Shown: piece by piece, positions 18,785-29,070 of the stretch
How the letters are laid out: every line of letters begins with the position of its first letter
Position numbering within the stretch: position 1 is the stretch's first letter
Assembly: GCA_028288925.1 (NCBI GenBank)
Contig: JAQGHG010000003.1
Coordinates: forward strand, 30,500 to 94,499
Length of the DNA stretch: 64,000 bases
From: Patescibacteria group bacterium
Lineage (GTDB): Bacteria; Patescibacteriota; Saccharimonadia; UBA4664
Direction: 5' to 3'
Translations under genes and position numbers: made by a program
The notes under the pieces: generated by a model
Told to the model about the DNA's origin: nothing
Databases searched by the model: none
The model's input: the letters and a program-made list of their open reading frames with translations, nothing else

Positions 18785-19836
18785 GCGGCCAGAACCACAT
18801 CGGCCAACGCACGCCGCACAGCGTTAATCTCGTCGCGATTCTCGGGTCGGTGTGGCCAGGTTAGGTTTGAAAGGTGTACGAGCGCCGCCTGCCTCTTGGG
18901 GTCAATCACCACGAGGCAGCCGGTAAAACCAGTTTTGCCAAACTTCTGGTCGCTGCCGGCGCCGCCCATTACCTTGGCAAAGTTCAGCTCCCAGCCCAGA
19001 CCGGTACTCTCGCCAAGCCGGGCAATTTGGTTCGTGTGCATTAGGATAATTGTCTCGGGCGTAAAGATCCGCCGGCCGTCCCAGCTACCCTCGTTGAGCA
19101 ATAATTATTCAAACTTCAAAACATCTCCAGTCGTCGAAAACAAGCCCGCGTGACCAGGCGGTTTACCCGATTCCCGTAATGCCCATCCAGCCTCATCGTG
19201 CACGCTCCCCCGTACCTCGCCACGCCAATCTACCTCAGTGGGAGCAACCGCTTCGGCGGGGAGGCCAGGGTGGAACGTCGTGTTCTTCATGCCGAGAGGC
19301 TTAAAAAACAGCTCCTGGGCGACTTCATCAAGGGGCCTGCCGCAAATCCGCTCAACTATCAAGCCCAGCAAGATAGCGGGGGAGTTAGTATAGTGGTAGC
19401 GCTCACCGGGTGGTGCCAGGAGTGGGCAAGTGAATAGTCGCTCTAATAGTTGGTCCGGTGTCTCCCTCGCCACCTTCGCCAACCCTCCTGGTAGGTCAAA
19501 AATCACAGTATAAGTCAGCAGGTGCCGGATCAGTATCCGCTCACGGAATTCATTCTGCAGCTCCGGCACATAGGCAATCGCCTGGTCGTCCAAGGCGACC
19601 CGGCCGTCCTCGAGCAGCTTGAGTATAATCGAGCTAGTCGGTATTGACTTCGTAATAGAAGCCACATCGTATGTCGTCTCCGCGGTGACTGCCGGCGCGC
19701 CCGCTTCGTAGGTGAGGCGCCCAAAGGCTCGCACCTCCGTCTTGCCTCGTCGGATCCATCCCACCGTGCAGCCGGGGAACACCCGCTCGCGGATCGCTCG
19801 CTCACAGATCTGTTCGACCTGAGCGGTTACGCTCAA
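18781..19836 (-). pseudogene. Beta-lactamase-family serine hydrolase interrupted by one in-frame TAA (19105-19107)
   Basis: SITK (SxxK), YTN and GHAGLFST lie in the first part; KTGFTG lies in the same frame after the stop. Confidence 0.8.
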
Positions 19837-20819
19837 ACTACCGCGCCCATCGGCCGGGAGCCGCTCTGCCGCTGCCAGGTCGCCGCCGAATCAAACTGCA
19901 GCAGCGCCCGCGCCACACGCGTACGGCCGGCCGCTTGATGCCGGGCCACGGCCTCGGCCAGCGATTCGTGCGACAGCTCCATGTCGTGCAAAAAGAAAGC
20001 GTCGTCGCCGTAAGTACGCAAGAACTGCGCCGAGAAACCACCCGGGCTCAAGGCCTGCACGCGGTGCGCCAGCAGCACTAGAGCCTCGTATTGATCACGC
20101 TGAAGCTTTGAGATACCCTGGAGCGGCCGCGCTGTGTCCAGCGTCCGCTGAAAGCTGCTAGCCAACGTCAAGAATTCCGCGTCCACCCCCAGCAACACAT
20201 CCAGCGCGTCATCCATAGCCTCCGTCTGGGTGGGGGAGACGGTGGCGCGCGCCAGCCGCCGCATATCAACCTCGTGCTTGGCCAAAAACGCTTCCATCGA
20301 CTGCCAGCTCGCCGCCACGCGGTCCTCCAATTCCGTCTTGGGTTTAAGGCCGAAATCTCCCGGCGCCACCTGGCCGGTGTAGTCCACCAATAAGCTCGAC
20401 GGGGGGAGCTCCGCTACCAATGCCCCCACAGCCGTCTCGCTCAGCTCAGAAGTCAGGTAAAGGCTGAAGCAGTTGGCCGGAATCATGCCTAGCTGCTTTG
20501 GCCGCACCAAAAAAGCCGTCGCCTCAGGATCATCATGCGGGGCCTCCGCGGCCAGATTCATGTGCTGCATTTGCGTAATGGTATAGGTATACTTCAAAAT
20601 CTCGACGGCGTTCGTGGAAAATGCCCGCCGGCGCTGCAATGTCCGGGAGAGCTTGAGCCACTGCTTTTGAGCCAAAGGCAGCATAGCCGCGGGTTGGTCG
20701 CATACAATGATAGCCTTCCCCAAATGCTGCCGCGCCTGCAGATGGCGCATTACATCCGCCATCATATTTGCCGCTGCGTTTCGGACGCGCCGCCGGTTCT
20801 CCAGATAATGTACAGCCAT
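19833..20819 (-). CDS. Hypothetical protein
   Basis: 328 aa ORF overlapping the start of the next gene; no motif recognised. Confidence 0.7.
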   Translation of the reverse strand: MAVHYLENRRRVRNAAANMMADVMRHLQARQHLGKAIIVCDQPAAMLPLAQKQWLKLSRTLQRRRAFSTNAVEILKYTYTITQMQHMNLAAEAPHDDPEATAFLVRPKQLGMIPANCFSLYLTSELSETAVGALVAELPPSSLLVDYTGQVAPGDFGLKPKTELEDRVAASWQSMEAFLAKHEVDMRRLARATVSPTQTEAMDDALDVLLGVDAEFLTLASSFQRTLDTARPLQGISKLQRDQYEALVLLAHRVQALSPGGFSAQFLRTYGDDAFFLHDMELSHESLAEAVARHQAAGRTRVARALLQFDSAATWQRQSGSRPMGAVV

Positions 20820-20856
20820 AAACCCAACCCTTCTCTCTTAATCCAACGAAGTCCTT

Positions 20857-21528
20857 CTATAGTAAGTGGTGCTGGCGAAAACTAAAATAGTCCGTTTTCG
20901 TCAAAATAATATGATCTCGCAGTGATACTCCCAACAAAAGTCCGGAAGCCACCAGCTGTTGGGTCAGGGTAATATCGTGCTGGCTGGGCTGCAGATCACC
21001 CGACGGATGATTGTGCGCCACGATCACGCTCGCCGCCCGGTCCATCAGGGCGTCAGCGAACACCTCACGGGGATGTGCCAAGACCGCGTCAAGGGTGCCG
21101 ATAGTGATGATGCGCTGAGTGATCAAGCGCTGGCCGCCGTCCAGCGACAGCGCCACCAAATACTCCTGCTGCTTGGAGCGGATGTCATCGAGATGAGCCA
21201 CGATCTCGCTCATGGTGCGCAACGGCATGGCGCCCTTCACCAGGTGGCGCTTAGCCAGCTCTAGAGCGGCCAGGATCTTGCCTGCCCGCGCCATGCTCAC
21301 GCCATGCAAACTCACTAGGGATTCGTAGGTCACGGCCTGCATGCCCTTTTGCATGAGCTTTTGAATCTGGCGGGCAATCTGGCCTACATCCGCGCCCGGC
21401 GTCCCATTGCCCAATATCACCTCCAGCAACTCGAAATCTGAAAGCGCGGCCGCCCCCTTGCGCCGCAACTTCTCACGCGGACGGTCAAGGGCTGGAATCT
21501 GGGAAATGCGTCGACGGTTTGGCATCAC
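20857..21528 (-). CDS. radC: RadC family JAB-domain protein
   Basis: RPREKL, LSDFELL, HPREVF and AHNHPSG..PS..D motifs. Confidence 0.93.
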   Translation of the reverse strand: MMPNRRRISQIPALDRPREKLRRKGAAALSDFELLEVILGNGTPGADVGQIARQIQKLMQKGMQAVTYESLVSLHGVSMARAGKILAALELAKRHLVKGAMPLRTMSEIVAHLDDIRSKQQEYLVALSLDGGQRLITQRIITIGTLDAVLAHPREVFADALMDRAASVIVAHNHPSGDLQPSQHDITLTQQLVASGLLLGVSLRDHIILTKTDYFSFRQHHLL

Positions 21529-21566
21529 TTCAGATTGTAGCAGAGCCGAGCCAAAATCCGAGACCT

Positions 21567-22073
21567 TTAGCCCTGCGGCCGCAAATGCACCGGCTGATGA
21601 TATCGCGGCACTACTCGTAGAGGTAGCTGGATACCATCAAACGCCGTCTTGGCCTCTTGGCGAAGTACGCCGCCCACCACCTCCGGTCGGTAGTCCCAAT
21701 CCTGAGCCAGCTGCGCGATCCGGACCTTGCGTTGACGAAAGATATGCGGCAAATCATCGCGCGACAACGCGTAGACTATTCGCGGAATATTCGAAAAAAA
21801 GATCGCGGCCGAGCACATCGGGCAAGGCTCCATCGAAGAATAAATGATGCAGTCGCTCAAGTCGCGCCGTTCAAGCATGCGGCAGGCCGCGCTCACCGCG
21901 ATCGTCTCCGCGTGAGCGGTGACGTCCGCGAGCTGCCCTTCGCTGTTCTCGGCCGACACCAACACCGTACCCTCGCGTACGATCACCGCCCCAAACGGCA
22001 GGTCGCCATGCTCCCTCGCAAGCCGGGCTTGCTCCAGGGCCAATCGCATGTACTCTTCCTTGATCCAATTCAT
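21567..22073 (-). CDS. Nucleoside/tRNA deaminase (TadA/guanine deaminase-like)
   Basis: PFGAVIV, HAE and EPCPMC zinc motifs. Confidence 0.88.
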   Translation of the reverse strand: MNWIKEEYMRLALEQARLAREHGDLPFGAVIVREGTVLVSAENSEGQLADVTAHAETIAVSAACRMLERRDLSDCIIYSSMEPCPMCSAAIFFSNIPRIVYALSRDDLPHIFRQRKVRIAQLAQDWDYRPEVVGGVLRQEAKTAFDGIQLPLRVVPRYHQPVHLRPQG

Positions 22074-22185
22074 GATACAGATTACTGTACTGCGGATCTT
22101 TCAACAGCACAAGCGTAATGATCCTGAGCCCCGGTCGCTTCCTCAGCCGGCAGGACCCCGCGCGATTCCCAAAAAGGCGGCGTCG

Positions 22186-23229
22186 CTAATCCTCCGGCTG
22201 CTCCTCGTCCAGCCGCTCCCGAAAAGCCAACTCCCGCTCGGCCGCGTATGTCTCCTCGGCTTCCGCCCCGGCCTTCACCTGCGGCAACACCTCGCGCTCA
22301 TAAAACCGCAAAAACTCGGCTTGGCGCGGCCCGATCTGGTGCACGTATACGTGGTCATAACCAGCATCAATGAATGCCTGAATCGCCCCGATGTGGCGTT
22401 GCGGATCCGGGCCCAGTGCCACATGCTCCGTAGCCGCCTCGGGCGTAAGCATCTTGGCTAACTGTTCAAAGTAGGCCGGCAGCCTCAGCTCCGAAGCCGC
22501 CTGCCCCGGTATTCCCGCGTTCGGCCAGTACCGGAAAGCTATCTCGCGGGCCTCCTCCTCGGTTTCGGCGTAGCAGACATTTACCTGACCGTACTTTGGT
22601 TTACCCCGGCCGCCACCTTCCTCAAACGCCTGGACGAGCTCCCGCTCCGGCGCCACCGATACGAAGCCGTCACCCACCATCCCGGCCATCCCCGCCGAGG
22701 TCACGCCGAATCCGGACACCACAATCTCCGGCAGTTGCCGGGGCAAGGTGTAAAGCTTAGCCTTCTCCACGCTAAAGTAGCCGCCCATGTAGTTCACCCA
22801 ATCGCCCCGCCACAGCTCGCGGATAATATCTATGGCCTCCATCAGCATCTCTCGCCGGACATCAATATGCGGCCACACTTCGCCGGTAATATGCTCATTC
22901 AAATACTCACCCGTGCCCACACCTAGCACAAAGCGTCCCTCCAGAAGCGCCGCCGAAGTCGCCGCCGCCTGGGCCACAATCGCCGGGTGCAGCCGCCCAA
23001 TCGGGCACACTACCTCCACCAGCACTTCAATCCGCTCAGTCACCTGCGCGATACCCCCCAGCACCGACCACACGAAAGGGCTCTGCCCCTGTTGCTCTAC
23101 CCATGGGTGGAAGTGGTCCGAGATTCCCACAAAATCAAACCCCACTTGCTCCGCCCGCCGGGCGTTATCTATCAAGACCTGCGGCGGGTGTTCCTCGCTC
23201 GATAACGTATAACCAATCCTTGCCGTCAT
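22186..23229 (-). CDS. F420-dependent LLM-class oxidoreductase (G6PDH-like family)
   Basis: IGYTLSSEEH, ISDHFHPW, GQSPFVWSVLG and LGVGTGE.LNEH motifs. Confidence 0.85.
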   Translation of the reverse strand: MTARIGYTLSSEEHPPQVLIDNARRAEQVGFDFVGISDHFHPWVEQQGQSPFVWSVLGGIAQVTERIEVLVEVVCPIGRLHPAIVAQAAATSAALLEGRFVLGVGTGEYLNEHITGEVWPHIDVRREMLMEAIDIIRELWRGDWVNYMGGYFSVEKAKLYTLPRQLPEIVVSGFGVTSAGMAGMVGDGFVSVAPERELVQAFEEGGGRGKPKYGQVNVCYAETEEEAREIAFRYWPNAGIPGQAASELRLPAYFEQLAKMLTPEAATEHVALGPDPQRHIGAIQAFIDAGYDHVYVHQIGPRQAEFLRFYEREVLPQVKAGAEAEETYAAERELAFRERLDEEQPED

Positions 23230-23378
23230 AATGATGCCCTCCGGTAAATCTCATTACCGGTGTTATATACCCGGAATATCCGGATATCCATGGGCAGACT
23301 GACAGCTTAAGCGGCAATAGTTACCATCTAACTCAACATAAAGCATTATGGTAAAGTAGCCTCAAAAGGGAGAATTCT

Positions 23379-24563
23379 TTGAATGGCATGATCGAAAAAC
23401 GTATAATCCATCAAATCTTCCGCCAAATCCACCATGGCGCCATGACTGTCAGCTACTGGGACGGCACCAGTGTCGCGTACGGCCGGGGCGAGCCTTATTT
23501 CCAGATGGCCATCAAGACCCCGGCCGCCGTCCGGGCCATCTTGCGCAATATGACGCTCGGCTTCTGCGAGAGTTACATGAACGGGCGCATCGACATCGAC
23601 GGCCCGCTCGAAAACATTGGCCGGCTCGTCTCCGAAAACAACCGCGCCTTCAGCAAGCTCTCCTTCAACCGCTTCACCAGGCTGCGCGCGCCAAACTCAC
23701 GCCGCCGGCAACCGCGCCAAATCCAGCACCACTACGATCTGGGAAACGATTTCTACAAACTCTGGCTTGACCGCTCCATGACTTACAGCTGCGCCTACTT
23801 TCATACGCCCGAAGATACCTTGGAGGCCGCCCAGCAGCAAAAAGTCGGCCACATCCTGCGCAAACTTCAGCTCTCTCCGGGCCAGCGCCTGCTCGATATC
23901 GGCTCCGGCTGGGGCGCGCTGCTCATCACCGCGGCCCAGCGCTACGGCGTCACCGGCCACGGCATCACCCTCAGCAAGGAGCAATACGCGCATTCCCAGG
24001 CCGCCGCCGAGCAAGCCGGCGTGGCCGGGCAGGTCACCTTTGAGCTCACCAACTACCAGGACCTGGCCGAGCAGCCCGTAGAATTCGACCGTATCGTCAG
24101 CGTAGGCATGTACGAGCACGTCGGCCGCCACAACCAAGACAACTACTTTTCGGCCGTCGGACGCCTACTCGCACCCGGCGGGCTCTCCGTCCTGCACACC
24201 ATCACCAATCAATTCGAAACCACTCCCGACCCCTGGATCGACAAATACATCTTCCCCGGCGGCTACATTCCGGCCGTCCGCGAAGTCGTCCACAAACTTC
24301 CCCGGCACAATTTCCACCTCACCGACTACGAAAACCTCCGCCTCCACTACGCCCTCACGCTCGAGGAGTGGCTACGCCGCTTCGAACGCCAAGAGCCCGC
24401 CATTCTCCAGATGTACGACGAACGCTTCTGCCGGATGTGGCGCATGTACCTAGCCAGCTCGGCCGCCGGCTTCCGCTACGGCGACCTCAGTCTGTCGCAA
24501 TTCACCTTTACCAAGGGCCTCGGCAACGACCTACCCCTCACGCGCGAGTATCTCTACCGCTAG
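23379..24563 (+). CDS. cfa: Cyclopropane-fatty-acyl-phospholipid synthase
   Basis: HYDLGNDFY, MTYSCAYF, LDIGSGWG, SVGMYEHVG and YIFPGG motifs. Confidence 0.93.
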   Translation: MNGMIEKRIIHQIFRQIHHGAMTVSYWDGTSVAYGRGEPYFQMAIKTPAAVRAILRNMTLGFCESYMNGRIDIDGPLENIGRLVSENNRAFSKLSFNRFTRLRAPNSRRRQPRQIQHHYDLGNDFYKLWLDRSMTYSCAYFHTPEDTLEAAQQQKVGHILRKLQLSPGQRLLDIGSGWGALLITAAQRYGVTGHGITLSKEQYAHSQAAAEQAGVAGQVTFELTNYQDLAEQPVEFDRIVSVGMYEHVGRHNQDNYFSAVGRLLAPGGLSVLHTITNQFETTPDPWIDKYIFPGGYIPAVREVVHKLPRHNFHLTDYENLRLHYALTLEEWLRRFERQEPAILQMYDERFCRMWRMYLASSAAGFRYGDLSLSQFTFTKGLGNDLPLTREYLYR

Positions 24564-24644
24564 GTGATACAAAAGCGCCTCTTCCGTCCGCTAATCCGAT
24601 GGAGTATGCTACTCGCATTGTCTAAAGCGAGCGCGGGAGGGTAG

Positions 24645-25253
24645 GTGATGGAGGAACTCCAACAACTCAAAGTCCTTGCCGAACGGCGTGCGCCCGGCGC
24701 CTTGCCGTTTATCGAGGTTTACCTTATCTTGCTCGCGAACCTCGAAACCGGCCTCGGCCAAGGTATATTCGAAGATCCGGCTAGTATCGCGGCCCTATCG
24801 GAAGACTTTCTCCTGTACTTCATCGTCCCGCTCAAGGCCACCCTGGAAGGCGAACGGCCCGAGACCCCCTGGAGCTATTTCGTCCGTGCCTCGCGAGGTT
24901 TGCCGTCCCAGCCCCTCCTTATCGTACTCACTGGGATGTACATCCATATTCTCCTCGATCTACCCCGGGCTCTCGACCGGGCCGCCGGCCTCAGGCCGGC
25001 CGACTACCGCCGCTTCAACCATGTTATCCAAGCCTCAGTCGGTCCTAGCCTCGCGCTCCTGGCACACCAGCATCACAGTATCGCGGCGCGCATACTGAGC
25101 CGGGCGTCGCTTCCGGGCGCTGCTCTCGCCCACCACGTTATCAAATCAATGCGCCGTATCGCGTGGCACCGGCATATTCTCGGCAGCTACGCGGGAACAT
25201 CCGTCTTGAGCCCCACGGCTAAGCGCCCAAAGAACTCCTTCGAATATTCATAA
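24645..25253 (+). CDS. DUF5995-like helical protein
   Basis: GMYIHILLDLPRAL...DYRRFN resembles the family motif. GGGAGG lies upstream. Confidence 0.5.
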   Translation: MMEELQQLKVLAERRAPGALPFIEVYLILLANLETGLGQGIFEDPASIAALSEDFLLYFIVPLKATLEGERPETPWSYFVRASRGLPSQPLLIVLTGMYIHILLDLPRALDRAAGLRPADYRRFNHVIQASVGPSLALLAHQHHSIAARILSRASLPGAALAHHVIKSMRRIAWHRHILGSYAGTSVLSPTAKRPKNSFEYS

Positions 25254-25807
25254 TCATCCTTTGCCAGTTCGCGCGCTTCCGGCGTCGAAATCGACTCCCA
25301 TTTGCGCCGCAGGTGGCCACCCGTGTAGAAATCTGCCACGATCTCGTCCAAGGTGTCGCCCTTGAGCGTCCGCACCATGATGATCCGCGCGACGCCCATG
25401 GGCCCAAAAACATCGAGTTTGTCAGCGTCGCGCAGCAGCGTAGTCTCGACCGGCTCGCCGGTCTTTTTGAATTTCGGATCCGAGCCATGATTGGCGATCG
25501 AATCCAAAACCGCCTCGATCTTCGCCGCCGGAAAATCAATCTCGCGCAGCACTTCGCTCGCGATTTTGTGATCGAAGTCGTGATAATCCTCGCCCGTCCG
25601 CTCCGGGTAGTAGGCGGCCATATCGTGCAGCAACGCCGCACCCGCCAAAACTTCCGCGTCATACGTCGCATCCAGCTTAGCAGCGAGCTTCACGGCGTAC
25701 TGGTAAACCCGCCAATGATGGTCCGGTCCGTGGCTCTTGAGCGGGCCGGCCGCTTCCGCATACCGGCGTTTGTTGGCTTCCAAAAGGGCTTGTTCGAGCT
25801 TATTCAT
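25187..25807 (-). CDS. HD-domain phosphohydrolase
   Basis: HGPDHHWRV, LLHD and DADKLD motifs. Confidence 0.88.
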   Translation of the reverse strand: MNKLEQALLEANKRRYAEAAGPLKSHGPDHHWRVYQYAVKLAAKLDATYDAEVLAGAALLHDMAAYYPERTGEDYHDFDHKIASEVLREIDFPAAKIEAVLDSIANHGSDPKFKKTGEPVETTLLRDADKLDVFGPMGVARIIMVRTLKGDTLDEIVADFYTGGHLRRKWESISTPEARELAKDDYEYSKEFFGRLAVGLKTDVPA

Positions 25808-26727
25808 ACCCTTAACCGCTCCAAATCACGCTTAATAATCTCCTTGCGCAGCCACACCCGGTCCGCAACGGTGACGGAGCCGTCAAACTTTACCTCCAGA
25901 AGCTCCTCTAGCCACACTTGAACCGCCGGACTACTCGTCACGAAATAGCTCTTCTTCTCGCCAATGCTAATAAGGTTGATAACCCTCTCCGGCTGCTCCG
26001 GCGCGAAATCATTGATGAAGCTCTCTCTATATTGCTCCAGCAAAGCCTTGCCATTCCATACGGCCACCTGTCCGGCCAAAATAGGGGAGGCAAACGTTTG
26101 GAAAGAAATCACCTTCGAATCATCCCGCACCGCCGCCACAGCGTCCTTCACGATGCCCGCCTCGCAAGCCTCAAAATATCGCGCCGGCCAGCCATCATCC
26201 AACCCGCCCCGCTTCATGAGGTCGGCGTAAGCCTCCTTGTCGCGCTGCGACGTCACTTGCGCGCTAAGGTTGAGCGTGTTATCCAAGATCCCGCATACGA
26301 GCAGCTTGGCGCTCACCTGGGTCATCTTGTCGAGCAGTCCGGCCCGCTTCCATGCTTCGTACACCAAGGTGCAGGCGGCGCCGATGAAGTCGATATGCGC
26401 AGCTTCGCCAATCCGCCCGTGCCAGTACTCCTCGAAGCCGGGATGATGATCGAGCACGCCCTCAACCCGCTCCGGATCTACAAACGTCTCGAAAAATTCA
26501 GGATTCGAGAGGTCGATCAGAATATAGCTGTCGCTAGCCGAAGGCGTATAAGCCCGCTCCAATGCCACCGGCCAAGCCTGCACCAACGCCGGCACGCTCG
26601 CGTTAAGCGTAGCCGTGGTAACGGCCACAGCCTCATGGCCCTGCGCCCGGAGTAGCTCGGCATAAGCAATAATGCCGACGTAAACATCGATATCAGCATA
26701 GCGTTTGCCGGCGGTTACAACCTTCAT
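25804..26727 (-). CDS. DHH-family phosphoesterase (Mn-dependent pyrophosphatase-like)
   Basis: ADID, LDHH, GAACTLV and ILDNT motifs. Confidence 0.8.
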   Translation of the reverse strand: MKVVTAGKRYADIDVYVGIIAYAELLRAQGHEAVAVTTATLNASVPALVQAWPVALERAYTPSASDSYILIDLSNPEFFETFVDPERVEGVLDHHPGFEEYWHGRIGEAAHIDFIGAACTLVYEAWKRAGLLDKMTQVSAKLLVCGILDNTLNLSAQVTSQRDKEAYADLMKRGGLDDGWPARYFEACEAGIVKDAVAAVRDDSKVISFQTFASPILAGQVAVWNGKALLEQYRESFINDFAPEQPERVINLISIGEKKSYFVTSSPAVQVWLEELLEVKFDGSVTVADRVWLRKEIIKRDLERLRV

Positions 26728-26855
26728 GATGTCATTATATCTCACCAAAAGTAACAATAATGTCCGCCAGCGCCCAAAATAATTGTGACATCGCCAGCAG
26801 ACCTGCCCGGCCGTCTCTGGTTAGCTAAGGGCCAGCTAATGCAAAGCGAGGGATT

Positions 26856-27431
26856 ATGCCGGTATCATTAAAGGACATGAAAGTCGCCATTCTGGCCACC
26901 AATATGGTGGAAGAGTCAGAACTAGTGGAGCCCCGCAAAGCCCTTGAGGAAGCCGGCGCCACCACCGAGCTCATTTCGCTCAAAAGCGGCGAGATCACCT
27001 GCGCCAAACATCTCGAGAAGGGCATTAAGCTCAAAGTTGACCGGTCGCTCGCCGACGCCGACACCTACGAATACGACGCCCTGTTACTGCCCGGCGGTGC
27101 CCTCAACGCCGACGCCCTGCGCATGGACGTGGCCGCCCAAAACTTCGCGCGTTCCTTCGACCTCGACGGCCGGCCTATCGCCGTGATCTGCCATGGCCCA
27201 TGGCTGCTGGTATCGGCCGGCCTCGTGCGCGAGCGCCGCCTCACCTCCTATCACGCCCTCCAAGACGACATCCGCAACGCCGGCGGTTACTGGGTGGACG
27301 CACCGTTCATCCGCGACATCAACTGGGTGAGCAGCCGTCACCCCGGCGACCTCCCCGTGTTCAACCAGGCCATGCTGGCCCTCTTCGCCGATCATACCTT
27401 CGAAGAGCCCATAATCGGCGCCGAAGACTAA
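26856..27431 (+). CDS. PfpI/DJ-1 family protein
   Basis: YDALLLPGG, ICHGPWLL and SSRHPGDL motifs. Confidence 0.92.
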   Translation: MPVSLKDMKVAILATNMVEESELVEPRKALEEAGATTELISLKSGEITCAKHLEKGIKLKVDRSLADADTYEYDALLLPGGALNADALRMDVAAQNFARSFDLDGRPIAVICHGPWLLVSAGLVRERRLTSYHALQDDIRNAGGYWVDAPFIRDINWVSSRHPGDLPVFNQAMLALFADHTFEEPIIGAED

Positions 27432-27810
27432 GCCGGCAACACGCTTAATCGCGAATACGACAACTCGCCCCAACTATCGACCGTAAGCGCCGCTCCTTTG
27501 AGAGGTCGCTTATCATTATTGAACCGCGTAAAACCAATCACGGCACAACCGGCCGCTTTGCCAGCCGCCACACCAGCGGCAGAATCCTCTATAACAACAC
27601 ACTTTTTGCCATCTACACCTAGGCGCTCAGCGGCGAGTAAGTAAGCTTCCGGATCCGGCTTATGGTGAGCCACGTCCTGCCCTGTCACAAGCTGAGCGAA
27701 GTAGTCGCGAAGGCCCAGGGCTTCGAGCTTAATGCGCACTCCTTCTGCTTGGCCGGTGCTGGCGATAGCGCAGGGTATATTATGTCTCCTCAGCTCATCC
27801 AATAGCTCAA
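27428..27810 (-). pseudogene. HAD-family phosphatase, N-terminally truncated
   Basis: KPDPEAY and IEDSAAGV are present, but the DxD motif I is missing. The frame runs into the methyltransferase gene. Confidence 0.7.
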
Positions 27811-28613
27811 TCAGGCTTGGGCTTGGTCCCAATAATGACCGTGGCATTTAGCTCGTCAGAGCTGGCTACTTGAGGGATTAGGCCGCTCTTGGCCAAGATT
27901 GCCGTGGCCTGAGACGCCTGGCGTTCGCTCACCTCCACCAGCAGGTGGCCGCCCAGAGCTAGCCACAGGGGAGCCGAGGCGGCTACTCGACGCAAGACGT
28001 CCAGCCCATCCTCGCCGCCGTCGAGAGCCACCTTTGGCTCATGTATGCGAGCCTCCGATGGCAAAAACTCAATCGCCGACGTAGGCACGTAAGGCACATT
28101 TGCTAGCAAGATATCGACACGCCCCTGCAACGTCGCTGGTAAGGGTTCAAAAAGGTCGCCTTCGTATACCTGGCCATTGACGGCAGACACATTCCGACGA
28201 GCGCATTCAACCTCGGTGGGATCAATGTCTGAAGCATGCAACTCAATAGTCCCCACCTTCGCGGCCAGCGCCACGCCCAGCGCGCCCGACCCGCAGCATA
28301 GGTCCACGACGACGGCTTCGGGGCGCGCCAGGCGCGCGGCCTGCTGCACAAGGAACTCGGTGCGATGGCGGGGGACGAATACCCCGGCTCCCACTGCTAT
28401 GCGGAGGCCGTCAAATTCCGCCCATCCCACGATATGCTCCAGGGGTAAGCCGGTAATGCGCCGCTCTACCATATCGGCCAGTTCTGACTCGCTCCGCGCC
28501 TCGCCCAGGAGCAGCTGAGCCTCCTCCTCGGCAAACACACAGCCTGCCTTGCGGAGCTGAGCGGTAATGAGGGCGTGGGTTGATGGTGTTTGGGAAGCTG
28601 GCATCGCCGGCAA
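27807..28613 (-). CDS. PrmC/HemK-like N5-glutamine methyltransferase
   Basis: GLPLEHIVG, VFVPR..TE, DLCCGSG, NVPY and ALDGGEDGL motifs. Confidence 0.85.
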   Translation of the reverse strand: MPAMPASQTPSTHALITAQLRKAGCVFAEEEAQLLLGEARSESELADMVERRITGLPLEHIVGWAEFDGLRIAVGAGVFVPRHRTEFLVQQAARLARPEAVVVDLCCGSGALGVALAAKVGTIELHASDIDPTEVECARRNVSAVNGQVYEGDLFEPLPATLQGRVDILLANVPYVPTSAIEFLPSEARIHEPKVALDGGEDGLDVLRRVAASAPLWLALGGHLLVEVSERQASQATAILAKSGLIPQVASSDELNATVIIGTKPKPD

Positions 28614-29054
28614 TTATATCAAATCGCCAAAAATTACGTCGACAAGCTTCGCCTTGTCATAAGAAGGGTTCATAGCTAGCTCCAAAAACTCATCTTTAGT
28701 AAACCACTCCCATGTCGCAACATGGGCAGTTTTCTCAAGTAGCTCTTCTGGCAGTGACACTTTGTAGAATAAGTTCATTCGTGGGATGCCATTCACTACC
28801 TTTCCGATATTGTAATAGGCGATCTGGAAGTCAGATGAAACGTCTTTGGCCGACACACCAAGCTCCTCCTCTATTTCACGAGCTAGGCATGACTCAACTG
28901 TTTCGCCATGATCCACTCCGCCGCCAGGAAACGCCCACCACATCTCCGGGGTTTCTTGAACCAATAGTACTTTGTTGTCGTGAACAATCAGCACTCTTGC
29001 CGCGACGCGATACAGGCAATCGTCGACGTCGTTGAGTCGTGGGTCTATGTGCAC
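28614..29054 (-). CDS. NUDIX hydrolase
   Basis: Nudix box PGGGVDHGETVESCLAREIEEELG. Confidence 0.9.
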   Translation of the reverse strand: MHIDPRLNDVDDCLYRVAARVLIVHDNKVLLVQETPEMWWAFPGGGVDHGETVESCLAREIEEELGVSAKDVSSDFQIAYYNIGKVVNGIPRMNLFYKVSLPEELLEKTAHVATWEWFTKDEFLELAMNPSYDKAKLVDVIFGDLI

Positions 29055-29070
29055 TACTGCGTACTCCCCA

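Noticed and set aside
19105-19107. Stop-codon reassignment
   Set aside because: TAA, TAG and TGA all end recognisable genes at the expected positions elsewhere; this is an isolated case.
21546-21562. LexA box upstream of radC (CTCGG-N7-CTCGG)
   Set aside because: One mismatch in each half and the spacing is off by one; too weak to call.
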